DNA from: Candidatus Bathyarchaeia archaeon | GTDB taxonomy: Archaea > Thermoproteota > Bathyarchaeia > Bathyarchaeales > Bathycorpusculaceae | Assembly (NCBI GenBank): GCA_049512075.1 | Contig: JBEKXL010000033.1 | Span: 1 to 18,254 of the forward strand | Direction: 5' to 3' | Length of the DNA stretch: 18,254 nt | Shown: one piece after another, positions 16,309 through 18,254 of the stretch | Layout: every line of letters begins with the position of its first letter | How positions within the stretch are numbered: the stretch's first letter is position 1 | Notes under the pieces: model-generated | What the model was told of the DNA's origin: nothing | The model's database searches: none | The model's input: the letters and a program-made list of their open reading frames with translations, nothing else | Translations under genes and position numbers: made by a program

Positions 16309-17409
16309 GTGTCTGCGCTTTCAGGCTCTGACCCCATCAGTACGATATTGAATCTTGTTTATGTCGGAGTTTTCGTTGTTTTCATGTTCTTCTCCCAGAA
16401 GATACAGGCTCTGCTGATGACGCGTCAGGTATCGCGGGCTTTGACTAAACTGAAGGGCATGAGGGACAAGGCTAAGCAGGCAATCACCGGGGCGATTATG
16501 GAAGTGGGTAAACCGACAGGGGATCCGATGCCGAGGTTGGAGAGGCTTCTTCAGTTTTTCACTATTCCGCCTGAGGCCATGGATCCTGCGGGAGTTGTTC
16601 AACGATTGGAGCATTTGTTTGATACTGCGGATTCGAGAATTAGGGATGAGATTAAAGCAATCGCTCCGAGTGCTGATGAGAGTCAGTTGTTGAATTTGCA
16701 GAATCTTTTGGAAGCGGCGCAGGCCTTGAACACGCTCTATCGTGTCGTAAGGCATTATTACTTGTTGGGAAAGAAGGACGGCACGCTGAATTCGACAGTG
16801 CAGGTTCAGATGCAACTGCCCACAATCATGGAGGAGGCTGAAGCCTACCTCTCGTTCCTAGACGCTTTCAAGCAGAACAAACCGGTGGGCGACGGAGCGG
16901 GAGCGTTGACTGCATCGAAACTCATGGCCGGTCAGGAGAGGCGCGAAATTGCCAAGGAAATGGTCGTCGCTGAAACGGTAATTGGCGGAAGAAGGGTGTT
17001 GGCTACGAAGGCCAAAGGTCCAGGCGGTGCGGTTGGGAAGGTTGGAGATGCTGTCAGCAGTTTGATTGAAGCTAATGCTGGAAAAGTCGGGCTTGTCGTG
17101 ATGGTGGATGCTGGGCTAAAGCTGGAGGGCGAAGACACAGGCGAGGTTGCTGAAGGTATAGGCGCTGCGATAGGCGGCATAGGCGTGGACAAGTACAAGA
17201 TTGAAGAAGCTGCCACTAAATACAACGTTCCAGTATACGCTATCATCATTAAGGAATCGCTCAAGGAAGTGTTGGCGCCGATGAGCGAGCCGATCTCTAA
17301 AGCGGTTGACAATGCGATTGCCAGACTCAAAACGGTCTTGCAGGAACGGGCGAAGGAAGGAGACACCGTAATAGTTGTGGGCGTCGGCAACACATTAGGC
17401 ATTGAGTAA
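16309..17409 (+). CDS. DUF1512-family archaeal membrane-anchored protein
   Basis: 366 aa; N-terminal TM, MDPAGVV, PVGDGAG, KAKGPG, VDAGLKLEGE.TG.VAEG, GVGNTLGI; AGGAGGT RBS. Confidence 0.85.
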   Translation: MSALSGSDPISTILNLVYVGVFVVFMFFSQKIQALLMTRQVSRALTKLKGMRDKAKQAITGAIMEVGKPTGDPMPRLERLLQFFTIPPEAMDPAGVVQRLEHLFDTADSRIRDEIKAIAPSADESQLLNLQNLLEAAQALNTLYRVVRHYYLLGKKDGTLNSTVQVQMQLPTIMEEAEAYLSFLDAFKQNKPVGDGAGALTASKLMAGQERREIAKEMVVAETVIGGRRVLATKAKGPGGAVGKVGDAVSSLIEANAGKVGLVVMVDAGLKLEGEDTGEVAEGIGAAIGGIGVDKYKIEEAATKYNVPVYAIIIKESLKEVLAPMSEPISKAVDNAIARLKTVLQERAKEGDTVIVVGVGNTLGIE

Positions 17410-17418
17410 CAGAGTGAA

Positions 17419-17469
17419 GCGCGCGCTAATGTTCAGATGGGACAGATGGACTGGACATGCGCGCGCTGA
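17419..17469. repeat. Two GCGCGCGCT(A/G)AT copies 40 bp apart
   Basis: GCGCGCGC at 17419-17426 and 17459-17466. Confidence 0.75.
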
Positions 17470-17537
17470 TCATCACATACATGGTGAGAGTAGAGGGCAA
17501 CTATGTCTTGGCAAAAACTTAACGTTTGGGTGATAAC

Positions 17538-18170
17538 ATGAAAATCGCTATTTTTGGAGCAACAGGCGAAACAGGCAGACAACTTGTCGAACAAGCACTT
17601 GCAGCAGGACACGAAGTAGTAGCCTATGTTCGTAATCCATCCAAACTTGGCATCAGCAACGAACATTTGACAGTTATTGCGGGCGAATTGACTGATGAGA
17701 AGTTGATTGAAAGTGCCGTGACTGGGGCAAAGGCAGTAGTTAGTGCTCTGGGTCCACGTGGTGGTTCAAAGGATAAACCAATTACTCAAGGCATGCAAAA
17801 CATCATTACGGCAATGAAGAAACAAAACGTACGCAGATTGGTAATTACCTCAACCTTGAGCGCTAAGGATCCCAACGACCCGCTGAATTTCAGAACCAAG
17901 GCTATGGTCAGCCTTGTTAAGGTCACGATGCACGATGCATACAAAGAGATAGTTAGCACCGCAGAAACGGTGCGCAACTCCGATCTTGATTGGACTATCG
18001 TGCGCTTAACGATGCTTAATAATAATCCCAAATCCGGAAGAGTCAAGGCTGGCTATGTGGGAAAGGGCGAAGTAGGCACATGGATTTCGCGTGCAGACTT
18101 GGCCGAGTTCTTGCTCAGGCAGGTGCAGGACACGAAGTATTTGCGGCAAGCACCTGCGATTAGCAATTAA
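17538..18170 (+). CDS. NAD(P)H-binding oxidoreductase (flavin reductase/BVR-B-like atypical SDR)
   Basis: MKIAIFGATGETG, AGHEV.AYVRNPSK, LDWTIVR, ISRADLA; GGTGA RBS before the ATG at 17538. Confidence 0.9.
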   Translation: MKIAIFGATGETGRQLVEQALAAGHEVVAYVRNPSKLGISNEHLTVIAGELTDEKLIESAVTGAKAVVSALGPRGGSKDKPITQGMQNIITAMKKQNVRRLVITSTLSAKDPNDPLNFRTKAMVSLVKVTMHDAYKEIVSTAETVRNSDLDWTIVRLTMLNNNPKSGRVKAGYVGKGEVGTWISRADLAEFLLRQVQDTKYLRQAPAISN

Positions 18171-18219
18171 TGGCGATTGAAAATTGGAGAGAAAAATATG
18201 AAGAACGGACGTGGGAAAA

Positions 18220-18254
18220 TTGACTCTTGTGAAAGTTGCTGAAACGTCAGAGAT
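18220..18254 (+). CDS. Start of a CDS, possibly a Rieske-type ferredoxin; cut by window edge
   Basis: TTG-ACT-CTT-GTG... gives MTLVKVAETSE, resembling Rieske ferredoxin N-termini. Only 11 codons are visible. Confidence 0.35.
   Translation, partial: MTLVKVAETSE

Noticed and set aside
1-18254. tRNA, rRNA, transposase or integrase genes
   Set aside because: None recognised by eye; the enzyme behind the GCGCGC motif, if any, is not evident in this window.

Overview
Archaeal DNA; the gene content and GGTGA/GGAGG ribosome-binding sites suggest Bathyarchaeia (inference). The right part carries mostly intact genes: aIF5B/infB, ornithine cyclodeaminase-family protein, MoaD/SAMP, thermosome, BCP peroxiredoxin, an ABC-2 exporter with divergent PadR, DUF1512 and an NAD(P)H-binding reductase. 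The region from about 2.2 to 6.4 kb is a patchwork of small genes and gene fragments. The main unexplained signal is a dispersed palindrome with consensus (T)TA-GCGCGCGC-TA(A). I count 14 loci with a perfect GCGCGCGC plus many near-copies, nearly all outside intact genes. Copies sit exactly where an Hsp20, a zinc-ribbon gene and an ABC ATPase break off. The same motif forms the tips of a 189-bp MITE-like element (5382-5570) with 46-bp inverted repeats. My hypothesis is a mobile-element or recombination system whose GCGCGC ends leave scars and rearrange accessory genes. No transposase or recombinase is visible in the window. All family calls come from motif recognition, not database searches.
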